A stretch of 64,000 nucleotides of DNA from an uncultured delta proteobacterium (GTDB lineage Bacteria; Myxococcota_A; Polyangia; Polyangiales; Polyangiaceae): assembly GCA_963782055.1 (NCBI GenBank), contig CAWAIF010000003.1:5696001-5760000 (forward strand). The letters run 5' to 3'. The position numbers were made by a program, and so were the translations under genes. Positions within the stretch are counted from its first letter, which is position 1; every line of letters starts with the position of its first letter. Below are positions 9,060 through 19,430 of the stretch, in pieces. Under the pieces are notes generated by a model. It was not told where the DNA came from. It did not search any database and was given only the letters and a program-made list of their open reading frames with translations.

Positions 9060-9464
9060 GTGAGGTTCGTCGTCGGCAGCGACGAGGACCGGCCGGTGGT
9101 CGCGCACCTCGCCGCGCGCCTGCGCGAGAAGGGCCACGAGGCGCGCGTGGTGCCCGTGCGGGCGTGGGGCCTGGTCGCGCGCGAGATCGCCGAGGCGGTG
9201 GCGCGCGGGGACGCCGACCAGGGCGTGGTGTGCTGCTGGACCGGCACCGGCGTGGCGATGGCGGCCAACAAGGTCCCCGGCGTGCGCGCCGCGCTGTGCG
9301 TGGACGCGCAGACCGCCGCCGGCGCGCGCAAGTGGAACGACGCCAACGTGCTGGCCCTCAGCCTGCGGCTGCTCAGCGAGCCGGTGGCCGACGAGATCCT
9401 GGACGCGTGGCTGGGCGGGGTCTACGCGGGCACCGAGGACGAGAGCCTGCAGTCGATGGGTTGA
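9060..9464 (+). CDS. rpiB: RpiB/LacA/LacB family sugar-phosphate isomerase
   Basis: GVVCCWTGTGVAMAANKVPGVRAALC, ARKWNDANVLAL; probable GTG start at 9060. Confidence 0.88.
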   Translation: MRFVVGSDEDRPVVAHLAARLREKGHEARVVPVRAWGLVAREIAEAVARGDADQGVVCCWTGTGVAMAANKVPGVRAALCVDAQTAAGARKWNDANVLALSLRLLSEPVADEILDAWLGGVYAGTEDESLQSMG

Positions 9465-9701
9465 TCCAGGCTCGCGGTGGTGCGCGGCGACGCCTTTCCG
9501 ATCTACCCGCCCCCGCTGCGGGATGGTGCTGTCCCCGCTGGTCGGGCTGGCGCTCCCCAGGATCGCGCTCTAGGAGCCGGCGTGCCCCGTCGTGGAGATG
9601 TCCTCCAGCTCGCCCGAGGCCGTCCAGTCTGCCCTCCCGCGCGTCGGGGTCGGGCTCCGGTCGTGCCAGGTCTCGCCCCTTCGAGGATTCCCGCGCGGGA
9701 A

Positions 9702-10382
9702 TCAGCTCCCGCCGTCGCGATCGTCCGCGGAGGCGATGTCCTGCGGGGGCGGCTGGGGTGTCGCCGGCCGGAGCGGCGCGTACTTCGCCTCGGCGCGCAG
9801 CTGCACCGCGTCCACTGCGTTCTGCGCGGCGTCGCGCAGCTCCTCGTCCACCGCGGCCTCCGGGGCGATCATCTCCGGGGTGATGAGCAGATCGCTCTCC
9901 ACGATGGTCCGCGTCGCGTCCACCTCCCGCAGGGTGATGAAGAAGTCCGCCTTCTTGACGTTCCCCTTCACCAGCTTGCCTTCCAGCACCTGCACGCCGG
10001 GCGCCACCGTCCGGAGCGGCGCGAAGCGCAGCACGAACCAGAGCATGACCATCCCGTGCATCACGGGGACCTGGACGTACAGGTCGGTGGAGCCGTTGCG
10101 CTTGTCGACGACACGCGCCGTCTTGAACTTGCCGGCGGCGAGCTCCTTGTAGTGGGCGAAGTCCAGCGCCTGCTCGCGCGCGTAGGCCACCGGGGCCTGC
10201 ACCAGCACCTCCGAGTGCCCCCACCGGGCGGTCTGCCCGCGCGGCGTGAAGTTCCACTTCAGGGAGTGGCCGTGGGCGGCCTGGAGGCGCGCCAGCTCGG
10301 GGGAGGGGCCGCCGGCGCGGACCGTGCCGGCCACCAGGACCGAAGAAATGAGGGCAAGAGCGAATGTGGGTCGCACGATCAC
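9702..10382 (-). CDS. Secreted SRPBCC/START-like (polyketide cyclase fold) protein
   Basis: Signal peptide; SEVLVQAPVAYAREQALDFAHYKEL resembles SRPBCC N-terminus. Confidence 0.55.
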   Translation of the reverse strand: MIVRPTFALALISSVLVAGTVRAGGPSPELARLQAAHGHSLKWNFTPRGQTARWGHSEVLVQAPVAYAREQALDFAHYKELAAGKFKTARVVDKRNGSTDLYVQVPVMHGMVMLWFVLRFAPLRTVAPGVQVLEGKLVKGNVKKADFFITLREVDATRTIVESDLLITPEMIAPEAAVDEELRDAAQNAVDAVQLRAEAKYAPLRPATPQPPPQDIASADDRDGGS

Positions 10383-10448
10383 CTAGCTTGACAGGTTGGA
10401 CGCACGAACGCCCGCCGGGATTCGATCCGGGGGACCGGACCGGCCCCT

Positions 10449-11999
10449 TCAGGCGTTTTCGTCGCGCAGGACCCCCAGGACCTCGCGAACCTTGCGTGTC
10501 AGGCTGTCGGGGGTGAGGGGCTTCTGCAAGAACGCCCGACCGGACTCCAGCACCCCGTGCTGGGTGATCGCCTCGCCGGTGTAGCCGGACATGAAGAGCA
10601 CCCGCATCTGCGGGCGCGCCCCCTTCAGGCGGTCGGCGAGCTGCGGTCCGCTCATGCGCGGCATCACCACGTCGGTCAGCAGCAGGTGGATGGGCGCCCC
10701 GTGCTGCTCGCTGGTGAGCAGCGCCTCCCCCGCGCTGGGCGCCTCCAGCACCACGTACCCCGCGCGGCGCAGGATGCCGCGCGCCACCACGCGCACCTGC
10801 TCGTCGTCCTCCACGAGCAGGATGGTCTCCGACCCGCGGCCGCTGTCCGCGGACGGCGGCTGCGAGGGGATGAGCTCGCCGGCGCCGTCCACCCGCGGCA
10901 GGTACACCCTGAAGGTCGTCCCCTTGCCGGGCTCGCTGTAAAGCCAGATGTGCCCGCCGCTCTGCTTGACGATGCCGAAGACCGTCGCGAGCCCCAGGCC
11001 CGTGCCCTTCCCGCTGTCCTTCGTCGTGAAGAAGGGCTCGAAAACCCGGGTCTGGGTCGCGCGATCCATGCCCGCGCCGGTGTCGGTGACCGCGAGCATG
11101 ACGTACGGGCCGGGCTGCACGCCGAGGTGGTCGCGCGCGTAGCCCTCGTCGAGATCCACGTTCTTGGTCTGGATGGTCAGCTTGCCGCCGCGCGGCATCG
11201 CGTCGCGCGCGTTGACGACCAGGTTCATCAACACCTGCTCCACCTGCCCGGGATCCACCTTCACCTTGCCCAGGCCGGACGCGGGGAGCACCGTCACCTC
11301 CACATCCGCGCCGACGAGTCGTCCGAGCATCTTCTCCATGGCGCCGACTGCCTGATTCAGGTCGACGATCTTGGGGGTGAGGACCTGCTGGCGGCTGAAG
11401 GCCAGGAGCTGCCGCGTGAGCTGCGCCGCCCGCTCTCCGGCGACCTGGATCTCGGCCAGGTCGGCGCGGAGCGGGTCGTCCTCCTGCAGGTCGCCGAGGA
11501 TCATGCCGGCGTAGCTCAGGACGACGGAGAGCAGGTTGTTGAAGTCGTGGGCCACGCCGCCCGCCAGGCGCCCGACCGCCTCCATCTTCTGGGCGTGGCG
11601 GAGCTGCTCCTCCGTCCGCGCGAGCATCTCCGCCGCGCGCTTGCGGTCGGTCACGTCCAGCGAAAGGACGCACGCGCCCTCCGGCACCGGGACGAAGCGC
11701 AGCTCGAACCAGCCCTTCGACCCGTCGGGGAAGGTGAACTCGTTCTCCATCCGGTGGCGGACCCGCTCGGACATGCACCTACGAAGCGCCGCGAACATGG
11801 GCGTCTTCTCGATGCCCGGGTAGCACTCCATCATGGTGTGGCCGACGAGGTCCGCCCGCTTGCCCTGCGAGGTCGCCGCCTCGTTGACATAGAGGTAGCG
11901 CCAGTCGAAGCCGATCACCTGGCAGCCCTCGTGCAGATTCTCGAGGACGGCGCGCGCGAGCCGGTCGTAGGCCGCGTCGGGCGGGGGAAGGGACGCCAT
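10449..11999 (-). CDS. Cytoplasmic PAS-domain hybrid histidine kinase/receiver
   Basis: [16 protein letters not shown]-box; [31 protein letters not shown]; receiver [20 protein letters not shown]. Confidence 0.95.
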   Translation of the reverse strand: MASLPPPDAAYDRLARAVLENLHEGCQVIGFDWRYLYVNEAATSQGKRADLVGHTMMECYPGIEKTPMFAALRRCMSERVRHRMENEFTFPDGSKGWFELRFVPVPEGACVLSLDVTDRKRAAEMLARTEEQLRHAQKMEAVGRLAGGVAHDFNNLLSVVLSYAGMILGDLQEDDPLRADLAEIQVAGERAAQLTRQLLAFSRQQVLTPKIVDLNQAVGAMEKMLGRLVGADVEVTVLPASGLGKVKVDPGQVEQVLMNLVVNARDAMPRGGKLTIQTKNVDLDEGYARDHLGVQPGPYVMLAVTDTGAGMDRATQTRVFEPFFTTKDSGKGTGLGLATVFGIVKQSGGHIWLYSEPGKGTTFRVYLPRVDGAGELIPSQPPSADSGRGSETILLVEDDEQVRVVARGILRRAGYVVLEAPSAGEALLTSEQHGAPIHLLLTDVVMPRMSGPQLADRLKGARPQMRVLFMSGYTGEAITQHGVLESGRAFLQKPLTPDSLTRKVREVLGVLRDENA

Positions 12000-12059
12000 G
12001 GTGACAGAATGCCACCTTGGCGGACGCCAGCGCCAGCGCGACCGACCGGGAGCGCGCGA

Positions 12060-15000
12060 TCAGCGCACGTAGCGCGCGCGACCCTCCGAGGCCCACCAGT
12101 CGCGGAAGCGCTGCTGCGCGCGCTCGCGCTCGCGCTTGGGCAGATCATCGTAGTAACCGAAGGTCTCGCTGGTGAGCTGCTTGAGCTCCTCGCCCGCGAC
12201 CTTGCGGATGCCGGGTGTCTCGTCGACGAGCGCGTCGATGAGCCACTCGATGCGATGGCGATTGGAGTTTTGCCCCCACCAGGCGAGCCAGCCCTTCTGA
12301 TCCAGGGCGAAGTCCTGCCGGGTGATCGCGATGAGCGATCGCCGCGCGACGGTCGCCACCTCGGCGTCCTGATCGGCCAGCGTGCGCATCAGCAGGGGGA
12401 CCGCGAGCGCCTCGCGCATGTCGCCGAGCGCCTCGAGCAGCCCGAGCCGGGCGCTGCGCGAGGTCGATGGCTCGCGCAGCAGGCGCCCCATCTCGGCGAG
12501 CAGCGGCTCCTGCGCCACCGTGACGAGCGCGCGCGACGCGGCGCGCGCGACGAGGCGCACCTTGGGGTCGGGGTCGTAGAGGCGCGGCACCAGCGAGGGC
12601 ACCGCCTCGGGGTAGGCCAGCTCGGTGACGAGGAAGGTCGCCCAGAAGCGGCGCGAGACGTCGGCGGAGGAGAGCTCCTGCGTCACGTAGGGGAGCGCGA
12701 CGCGCCGCTCGCGCGCCACCAGCCGCAGCAGCGGCCCGCACTCGCTCACGCGCGGTAGCGGCTCCACCACGTCGTTGCGGGAGAGGGCGATGGGCCCTGG
12801 AAAACGCGACATGATCGCGTGCATCGCCTGGGCGCCCTGCCGGAGCAGCTCGCCCTCGGCCTGGCCGTCGTCCTTGCCGGACAGCACGCGGTCCACCAGA
12901 AAGAGCAGCTCCTGGTCGATGTCGACGATGATGGTGGGCAGCCCCGCCACGCTGTGGGCGCGAGGTGGGTGGCGGGGGCCCACGACGATGGACTCGCTCG
13001 GCGGCGCGGGCGGCACGCCGTCCACCGGGATGCCGTGCTCGTCGTACGCCGTCGCGTCGATCTCGCCGATCTCGGCGAGGAGCGCCTGCTCCTCGGCCTC
13101 GTCCATCGCCGAGGTCTCCACCGAGGGCGCGCCGTGGCCCTCCACCGAGCGCGGCACCGGGTTCGGCGGGATGATCGCGTTCCCGATGCCGGGCGGCGGG
13201 GGGCTGTCGGGCTCCTCGCGGGGGATGGGCGGACCGCTGGGGCGCCGGACGTCCAGGTTGGGCGGCGGAGGCTTGCTCGCGCGCATCTTCACGCGCTGCC
13301 CGGGGTTGGGCTCCGGCGGGGGACCGAGCTCGGTCACCTGACCCAGCATCTCCGCGAGGGGGGGCGGCGGCTGCGAGCTGCGACGCCGCGCGATGGCCGG
13401 GGGCAGCGGCGTCGGCTGCGAGGCGGTGGGCGAGGGGGGCGGCGAGGAGGGCGAGCCGATGACCGGCGGGACGTGCCCCAGCGCCTGCGGGGTCTCCGGG
13501 CGCGTGGGCGCGGGCCGGTTCCACGCGGAGGCGGCGCCGGAGGTGTCCGGCGCGGCGATCGGGGGGGCGGCTTCCGGCGCGGGCTCCGCCGCAGACGTCG
13601 GTGCGGCGGGCTCCGGGCGAAAGGCTCCGGGGCGCTCCGACGCCGCCGGACGCGACTCGCCCTCGGTCTGGCCGAGGAGGGCGCGACCCAGCGTCGCCGC
13701 GCGGGCTGCCTTGGTGGGCGGCGACGACACCGGGCGCTTCGGCTTGAGCACCAGCGGCGCCGCCTCCAGCTTGCCCGCCGTGCTGTCCGGCGAGCCCGCG
13801 GTGTAGCCGCCGAGCTTCTTGCGGACGATGAGGCGCTCGAACCCCTGGCCGACGAGCTGCGCAAAGGCGATCACGTCGGACGCCGTCGTGCGGTCCACGC
13901 CCCCTGCCCCGCCGTCGCCGTAGAAGATGGCGACGACGCGGTTCCTGACCATCACCGGCAGCAGCAGCACCTCCACGCCCGGGTGACGCTGCAGGTCTCC
14001 GAGCAGGATGCCGTCGACGCCCTCGGCCGACGGCCGCGCGAAGGTGGGCGCGCGGTGATCGCGCGCGGTGGCGAGCATGCTGGGCAGGTCGAGCGGCACG
14101 CCGATGCCGACGACGCGCTCGCGGGGCGCGCCCTCGCCATAGGCGTCGCGGCCCTCCGCGATGTCGCCGTGGGCGACGAAGAAGGCGGAGTAGTCGAAGT
14201 ACTGTCGGGCGAACTCGAAGTAGAGGTCCAGCAGGTCGTCGCGTCCCTGCGCCTGCTCCAGCTCCTCCTTCGCCTGGTCCAGGGTGACGGGACCGCGACG
14301 CCGGCGCACCGGCCGCACCACGTTGCTCGTGGCCTTGACGAAGGTGGCGTGCTGCTCGGCGTACGCGCCGGTCACGCGGGTGGGCGGCGGCACGGTGAGG
14401 GGGGTCGCGCCCGGCGACCCGCCCGATGGCTGCGGCGCCGGAAATCCCGCCGCGGTGATGCGGTGAGCCGCGGGCGACGCGCTGAGCGGCGGCGCGGCGG
14501 GTTGCGACAGCGCCGGAGGCTGCACCATCACCAGCGTATCCGGGGCCTGGGACGAGACCGGCGCCGGTGAGGGCGTGAGCTCGCTCTCCGGGGGAGACGA
14601 CGGCGCGCGCTGCGCCGCCGGCACGCCATACGCCGGGCTGAGGCGGAAGGGCGGCACCGACGCGGGGCGCGGCGGCGGCTGCACCTCCGGCATGTTCTGC
14701 AGCAACGGCGGGCGCGAGCTCGGCAGCGACGCCTCGCGTCCGGCGAGCCGCGCCAGCAGCCTCTCGACGCGGCGGTCGAGCGGGGCGCCGTAGACGCGGG
14801 CGATGGTCTCGCGGATGCGCACGTGCAGGGCGATGCGCTGCTCGACGCGGGCGCCCAGGGCGAAGCCGAGCTGTTCCTCCTCCTCCCGTCCGAGCGGCTC
14901 GGCGACGGCGACGACGAGGCGATGGCCGTCGAACTCCAGCGGCAGCAGGCTCCGCCGCGCCGCGAGCTCCCCCGGAACGAGGCTGCGCAGCGACTCCGGC

Positions 15001-15203
15001 GGGTCGGGGAGCGGGCCGGCCGGCGCGGGCGGCATCTCGAAGGACTCGGCCAGGGCGGTGGCGATGCGCCACTCCTCGATGGGCGCGACCTCCAGCAGGT
15101 TGGTGACCAGATCGCCCCCGTAAAGTACTTGCCGGGCGAGGGCCTCCTCGACCTGGCGGATCGTCGCGATCTCGCGCTGGACGATGAGGGAGCTCAGGGA
15201 CAT
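12060..15203 (-). CDS. FrgA-like protein: GspE/PilB N-terminal (MshEN-like) domain, GAF-like domain, long Pro-rich linker, C-terminal HEAT repeats
   Basis: LSSLIVQREIATIRQVEEALARQVLYGGDLVTNLLE; LVVAVAEP; HEAT-like LVPRLYDPDPKVR and LMRTLADQDAEVA. Confidence 0.7.
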   Translation of the reverse strand: MSLSSLIVQREIATIRQVEEALARQVLYGGDLVTNLLEVAPIEEWRIATALAESFEMPPAPAGPLPDPPESLRSLVPGELAARRSLLPLEFDGHRLVVAVAEPLGREEEEQLGFALGARVEQRIALHVRIRETIARVYGAPLDRRVERLLARLAGREASLPSSRPPLLQNMPEVQPPPRPASVPPFRLSPAYGVPAAQRAPSSPPESELTPSPAPVSSQAPDTLVMVQPPALSQPAAPPLSASPAAHRITAAGFPAPQPSGGSPGATPLTVPPPTRVTGAYAEQHATFVKATSNVVRPVRRRRGPVTLDQAKEELEQAQGRDDLLDLYFEFARQYFDYSAFFVAHGDIAEGRDAYGEGAPRERVVGIGVPLDLPSMLATARDHRAPTFARPSAEGVDGILLGDLQRHPGVEVLLLPVMVRNRVVAIFYGDGGAGGVDRTTASDVIAFAQLVGQGFERLIVRKKLGGYTAGSPDSTAGKLEAAPLVLKPKRPVSSPPTKAARAATLGRALLGQTEGESRPAASERPGAFRPEPAAPTSAAEPAPEAAPPIAAPDTSGAASAWNRPAPTRPETPQALGHVPPVIGSPSSPPPSPTASQPTPLPPAIARRRSSQPPPPLAEMLGQVTELGPPPEPNPGQRVKMRASKPPPPNLDVRRPSGPPIPREEPDSPPPPGIGNAIIPPNPVPRSVEGHGAPSVETSAMDEAEEQALLAEIGEIDATAYDEHGIPVDGVPPAPPSESIVVGPRHPPRAHSVAGLPTIIVDIDQELLFLVDRVLSGKDDGQAEGELLRQGAQAMHAIMSRFPGPIALSRNDVVEPLPRVSECGPLLRLVARERRVALPYVTQELSSADVSRRFWATFLVTELAYPEAVPSLVPRLYDPDPKVRLVARAASRALVTVAQEPLLAEMGRLLREPSTSRSARLGLLEALGDMREALAVPLLMRTLADQDAEVATVARRSLIAITRQDFALDQKGWLAWWGQNSNRHRIEWLIDALVDETPGIRKVAGEELKQLTSETFGYYDDLPKRERERAQQRFRDWWASEGRARYVR

Positions 15204-15272
15204 GGGGCTTGAGACCGTGCTGGAGAAGTGTAGCGGAGATACCCTATCCCACGGCGAGCAAGAACGCTTGTT

Positions 15273-16841
15273 TTAGGCCATTTCGGCCCAGGTCTCGAGC
15301 GCGTCGAGGAGGCCCTCGAGGGTATAGCGGGAGGCGGTCACGTCCACCCTCACCCCGCGCGCCTGGGCGGCCTCGGTGGTGATGGGCCCGATGCTCGCCA
15401 CGCACACCCCGCCCAGCAGCTCGGCCGCCCGCGGGCCCAGGGCGTCGCAGAGGTGGCCGACGGTGCTGGCGGAGGTGAAGGTGCAGACGTCCACCTCCCG
15501 GCGCTCCAGCAGCCCGGCGATGCGCGCCAGCTCGGCGTCGGGCGCCGCGTGGGTCTCGTAGGCGGCGACCACGTCCACCAGGCAGCCGGCGGCGCGCAGG
15601 GTGTCCGGCAGGGCCTCGCGGGCCTCCCTGGCGCGGGGGATGAGCACCCGGACCGCCCCCTCCCCCGCTCCACCCCCTCGCTCGCTCCGATCGTTAGCAG
15701 GGAAACGCTGCGCGTCCGGCCCGCCCGGGCGGAGGGCCCCCAGCATGGCCTCGGCGAGGCCTTCCCCCCGGAACTCGCGGGCCATCACGTCCGCCCGGAC
15801 CCCACGCGCCTGCAGCGCCGCCGCCGTGCCCGGCCCGATGGCCGCCAGCCGCGCCCCCCCCAGCGCCCGCGCGTCCAGGCCTTGCCGGTCCAGCTCCTCC
15901 CAGAAGCAGCGGACCCCGTTCTCGCTGGTGAAGGCGACCCAGCCGTAGCCCCGCAGGCCGGCGACCGCCGCGCGCAGGGGCTCGGGGTCCGCGGGCGGTC
16001 CCAGCTCGATGGTCGGGGCCACGATGGGCTCGGCCCCTCGCTCCCGCACCATGGCCGCGGTGCGAGCCCCCTGCGCGCGGGCCCGCGTCAGCAGCACGCG
16101 CTTGCCGAAGAGCGGCCGGGTGTCGAACCAGCGGAGCGCATCGCGGGCGGTGATGCTGTCGCCCACCACCAGCAGCACCGGCCCCGCGCCGAAGTCGGTG
16201 AGGCTGGCTCGCAGCCCGACGAGCGTCCCGGTCACCACCTTCTGCGACGGCAGCGACACGTCCCGCGCGAGGGCGGCCGGCGTCTCGGTGCTGCGACCGT
16301 AGTAGGTCAGGTGCTGCGTGATGGCCTCGACCTGCGAGGCGTCGGTGAGCAGCGCGAGGGTGTCGGTCGCCAGGGAGAGCTTCTTCCAGTCGTGCAGCTC
16401 GTCGGCGTGACGCACCACCGCGATGGCCACGCTGGGCGAGGCGTCGCTGTCGCACACCAGGGCGAGGCCGGTGTAGGCGGCGGCCGCGGTCGGCGCGACG
16501 ACGCCCGCGGTCACCTCCACGTCCAGGCCCGCCTGCCGCACGCCCGCCAGCTCGGTGGCGCCGCCCCGGAAGGCGAAGGGATCGCTGTGGAACACGCGGA
16601 CCACGTGCTTGCCCGCGCGCGCCCGCGCCACCATCGGGGCGACGTTCTGCTCCGGGGGCGTGCCCTGCGCGACGCGCACGCGCTCCGCCCCCGACGGCGC
16701 GTGCTCCAGGACCGCGGGGTGCACCGCCGCGTCGATCAGCACCGCGTCGGCGCGACCGAGCAACTCGGCGCCGCGCAGCGTGAGCAGCCGCGGGTCGCCG
16801 GGACCGGCCCCCACGAAAGACACGCGCCCCTTCGAGCTCAC
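15273..16841 (-). CDS. cobA: Fused uroporphyrinogen-III C-methyltransferase / uroporphyrinogen-III synthase (CobA-HemD)
   Basis: VSFVGAGPGDPRLLTLRG; WFDTRPLFGKRVLLTRARAQ; FTSENGV, AAIGPGTA, FTSASTV, ASIGPIT; hemB nearby. Confidence 0.92.
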   Translation of the reverse strand: MSSKGRVSFVGAGPGDPRLLTLRGAELLGRADAVLIDAAVHPAVLEHAPSGAERVRVAQGTPPEQNVAPMVARARAGKHVVRVFHSDPFAFRGGATELAGVRQAGLDVEVTAGVVAPTAAAAYTGLALVCDSDASPSVAIAVVRHADELHDWKKLSLATDTLALLTDASQVEAITQHLTYYGRSTETPAALARDVSLPSQKVVTGTLVGLRASLTDFGAGPVLLVVGDSITARDALRWFDTRPLFGKRVLLTRARAQGARTAAMVRERGAEPIVAPTIELGPPADPEPLRAAVAGLRGYGWVAFTSENGVRCFWEELDRQGLDARALGGARLAAIGPGTAAALQARGVRADVMAREFRGEGLAEAMLGALRPGGPDAQRFPANDRSERGGGAGEGAVRVLIPRAREAREALPDTLRAAGCLVDVVAAYETHAAPDAELARIAGLLERREVDVCTFTSASTVGHLCDALGPRAAELLGGVCVASIGPITTEAAQARGVRVDVTASRYTLEGLLDALETWAEMA

Positions 16842-16908
16842 GACCCCAGCCTACCACCGCTCGTCTTCTCCCCCGCGCCCTTCAGGGAGACGGGGCCGGC
16901 GGGTGAGG

Positions 16909-17838
16909 TCACTGCGGCGCGCAGGTGGACACGCCGGCGCCGACGATGGACGAGCTGTAGCTGGCGACGACCTTGGCCGTCTTGGTGGCGGGGTCGTAGC
17001 GGACGGTCTGCTGCCCGCCCGGCGTGGTGAAGAACCAGAAGTAGCCGCCCCAGTACGCGAACGCCCACCCCTGGCCCTGGTTGACCGTCGGCAGGTAGTC
17101 GATGCCGACAATCTTGGCGGTGTCCTTGTTGATCTCCGCCACCGCGCTGCCGGAGCCGCCCTGCGGGTTGGCGAAGAACCCGTAGAGACGGCCGTCGCCG
17201 GTGCCGGTGAGCTCGGTGCCGCTGACGGGCGGGTCGAGTGGCCCGATGTACCCGAGCTGGTAGTTGTTCTGCACGTCGACGTAGCCGAGCCCGGGCGTCC
17301 CCGACGAGGCGATGTACAGCCGCTCGTCCGGCCCGCCGCCCAGCGTGGCGAAGCCCATCCCGAAGTTCTGGAAGGGCGACTGCGCGGTGAAGGTCGTCGT
17401 GGCGCAGGAGGCGTCGGCGGTGGAGACCTTGAACAGCTCCCCGTCGCTGTAGAGCACGTACGCGACGCCGGTGCGGTCGACGGCCATCGAGAAGGGCGTC
17501 GCGCCGCCCTGCGCGGGGCACGCGAGCAGGCCGATGACCTTGAAGGTGGCGCTCGGCGGGTAAAAGCTCAGAAGCTCCCGGTTGACGGTCACCACGTAGA
17601 CGAGCGTCGAGTCGGCGTCGGGGCAGTCGTTCTGGTTGGCGTCCTTCTTGGAAGCATCGATGGGCGGGATGGGCACGTCGATGCCCACGTCCTCGCCGGC
17701 GGCGTCCTTCGCGTGATCCGGCGCGGCGTCGGCGACGGGCTGCGTCTCCGGCGCGAGCAGCCCCGTGCGCGCCCCGCACGCCAGGAGCGCCCCTGCCACC
17801 AGAACCGAAGCCAGGCCAAGCCGGGCGGCGCGCCGCAT
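16909..17838 (-). CDS. Hypothetical lipoprotein, beta-propeller-like
   Basis: Lipobox LLACG; PFSMAVDRTG, ELTGTGDGRLYGFF, WAFAYWGG, IVGAGVSTCAP. Confidence 0.75.
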   Translation of the reverse strand: MRRAARLGLASVLVAGALLACGARTGLLAPETQPVADAAPDHAKDAAGEDVGIDVPIPPIDASKKDANQNDCPDADSTLVYVVTVNRELLSFYPPSATFKVIGLLACPAQGGATPFSMAVDRTGVAYVLYSDGELFKVSTADASCATTTFTAQSPFQNFGMGFATLGGGPDERLYIASSGTPGLGYVDVQNNYQLGYIGPLDPPVSGTELTGTGDGRLYGFFANPQGGSGSAVAEINKDTAKIVGIDYLPTVNQGQGWAFAYWGGYFWFFTTPGGQQTVRYDPATKTAKVVASYSSSIVGAGVSTCAPQ

Positions 17839-17932
17839 GGGCGGAGCTTCACCCGCCGGAGGGCCCCGGGCAAGCAGGAAGGGCCTTCCGGCGCGCGCGA
17901 CCTCCGGCCGGGCTGGTGCTATGTCCAAGGCC

Positions 17933-18922
17933 ATGCCGTTCCCCGTCGAGCGTCCCCGCAGGCTCCGGGCCTCCGCGGCCCTCCGCGCCCTCGTGCGCGA
18001 GACCCGCCTCTCCCCCCGGGACTTCATCCTCCCCCTCTTCTTCCACGCCGGCATCGACGCCCCCCGTCCCATCTCCACCATGCCCGGCGTCTCGCAGCTC
18101 CCGCTATCGGCGGCGGCGCAGACGGCGAAGGACGCCCGCGCCCGCGGCCTGGGCGGCGTCATCCTCTTCGGCCTGCCGACGAAGAAGGACGCCCAGGGCT
18201 CCAGCGCCCTCGACCCTGACGGCCCGGTGCCGCGCGCCGTCAAGGCGATGAAGGACGCCGCGCCGGAGCTGGTGGTCATCACCGACGTGTGCGTCGACGA
18301 GTACACCGATCACGGCCACTGCGGCGTGCTCCACACCCGGCGCGACGGCGTGGTGGAGGTCGACAACGACGCCACCATCGCCATCCTCGGGAAGATGGCC
18401 GTCGTCCACGCCGAGGCCGGCGCCGACATCGTCGCCCCCAGCGACATGATGGACGGCCGCGTCGCCGCCATCCGCGCCGCCCTCGACGCGGCGCGCTTCG
18501 AGTCCACGCCCATCCTCAGCTACGCGGTCAAGTACGCGAGCGGCTTCTACGGTCCCTTCCGCGAGGCGGCAGACTGCGCCCCCAAGTTCGGCGACCGCGC
18601 CGGCTACCAGATGGACCCGGCCAACGGCCGCGAGGCGCTGCGCGAGGCCCGCATCGACGAGGAAGAGGGCGCCGACATGCTCATGGTCAAGCCCGCGCTC
18701 GCCTACCTCGACGTCATCCGCGCGGTGCGCGAGGCGAGCGACCTGCCCCTCTTCGCCTACAACGTCTCCGGCGAGTACTCGATGCTCCACGCCGCGGCGG
18801 CCGCCGGGATGATCGACCTCGACCGCGCGACGCTGGAGGTGCTCACCTCCATCAAGCGCGCCGGCGCCGACGCCATCCTCACCTACCACGCCCTGCGCGC
18901 GACGGAGCTGCTCGGTGGATAG
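17933..18922 (+). CDS. hemB: Porphobilinogen synthase (delta-aminolevulinate dehydratase)
   Basis: RPRRLR, DVCVDEYTDHGHCG, APSDMMDGR, FYGPFREAA, YQMDPAN, MVKPA, YNVSGEY; alternative start 17921. Confidence 0.97.
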   Translation: MPFPVERPRRLRASAALRALVRETRLSPRDFILPLFFHAGIDAPRPISTMPGVSQLPLSAAAQTAKDARARGLGGVILFGLPTKKDAQGSSALDPDGPVPRAVKAMKDAAPELVVITDVCVDEYTDHGHCGVLHTRRDGVVEVDNDATIAILGKMAVVHAEAGADIVAPSDMMDGRVAAIRAALDAARFESTPILSYAVKYASGFYGPFREAADCAPKFGDRAGYQMDPANGREALREARIDEEEGADMLMVKPALAYLDVIRAVREASDLPLFAYNVSGEYSMLHAAAAAGMIDLDRATLEVLTSIKRAGADAILTYHALRATELLGG

Positions 18923-19415
18923 GCGAGCGCGGGGTCTGCTCGCCGGGGCCTCGCTCGTGGCGGGCGCGGCGGCGCTCCTGTCCACCGCCACCCCCGCGTG
19001 CCTGCCCGCGGGTAAGTGCGACGCCTCGTGGTCGGAGTACTGCCTCGACGCCGGCGGCAACTGTCAGGGTCACCTCATCGACGCCTACACCTGGGAGTCC
19101 GGCCCGATCGACGGCGACTTCATGGAGTTCCCGCACGAGCGCAACTGGTTCATGCACCTGCGCGACGGGCGGACCGGCGCGCTCATCGCCGGCCGCAACA
19201 TCGGCGACATCACGGTGCAGCTCAGCGCGGTGCAGCGGCCGAGCGACCCGTACCAGCGCTTCGCCGAGGCGAGCGGCAACCTCACCCAGATCCACCTCGA
19301 CGGCGATCAGGCCCTCGACGCGCTCAACGACACCTGCGCCGATTACTTCGTGCGCGTGCTGGTCCACAACGTCCCCGACGCCGACGCCGGCCCGGCCGAC
19401 GCGGCATCGGAGTGA
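18915..19415 (+). CDS. Hypothetical secreted/lipoprotein, Cys-containing
   Basis: Signal-like N-terminus, NDTCADYFVRV; overlaps the hemB stop, operonic position. Confidence 0.65.
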   Translation: MDRRARGLLAGASLVAGAAALLSTATPACLPAGKCDASWSEYCLDAGGNCQGHLIDAYTWESGPIDGDFMEFPHERNWFMHLRDGRTGALIAGRNIGDITVQLSAVQRPSDPYQRFAEASGNLTQIHLDGDQALDALNDTCADYFVRVLVHNVPDADAGPADAASE

Positions 19416-19430
19416 GCGGAGGAGACCGTC

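Noticed and set aside
9654..9668. Minus-strand TGGCAC-N5-GAGC sigma54-like motif in the rpiB downstream gap
   Set aside because: Weak -12 box and no credible ORF or RNA downstream
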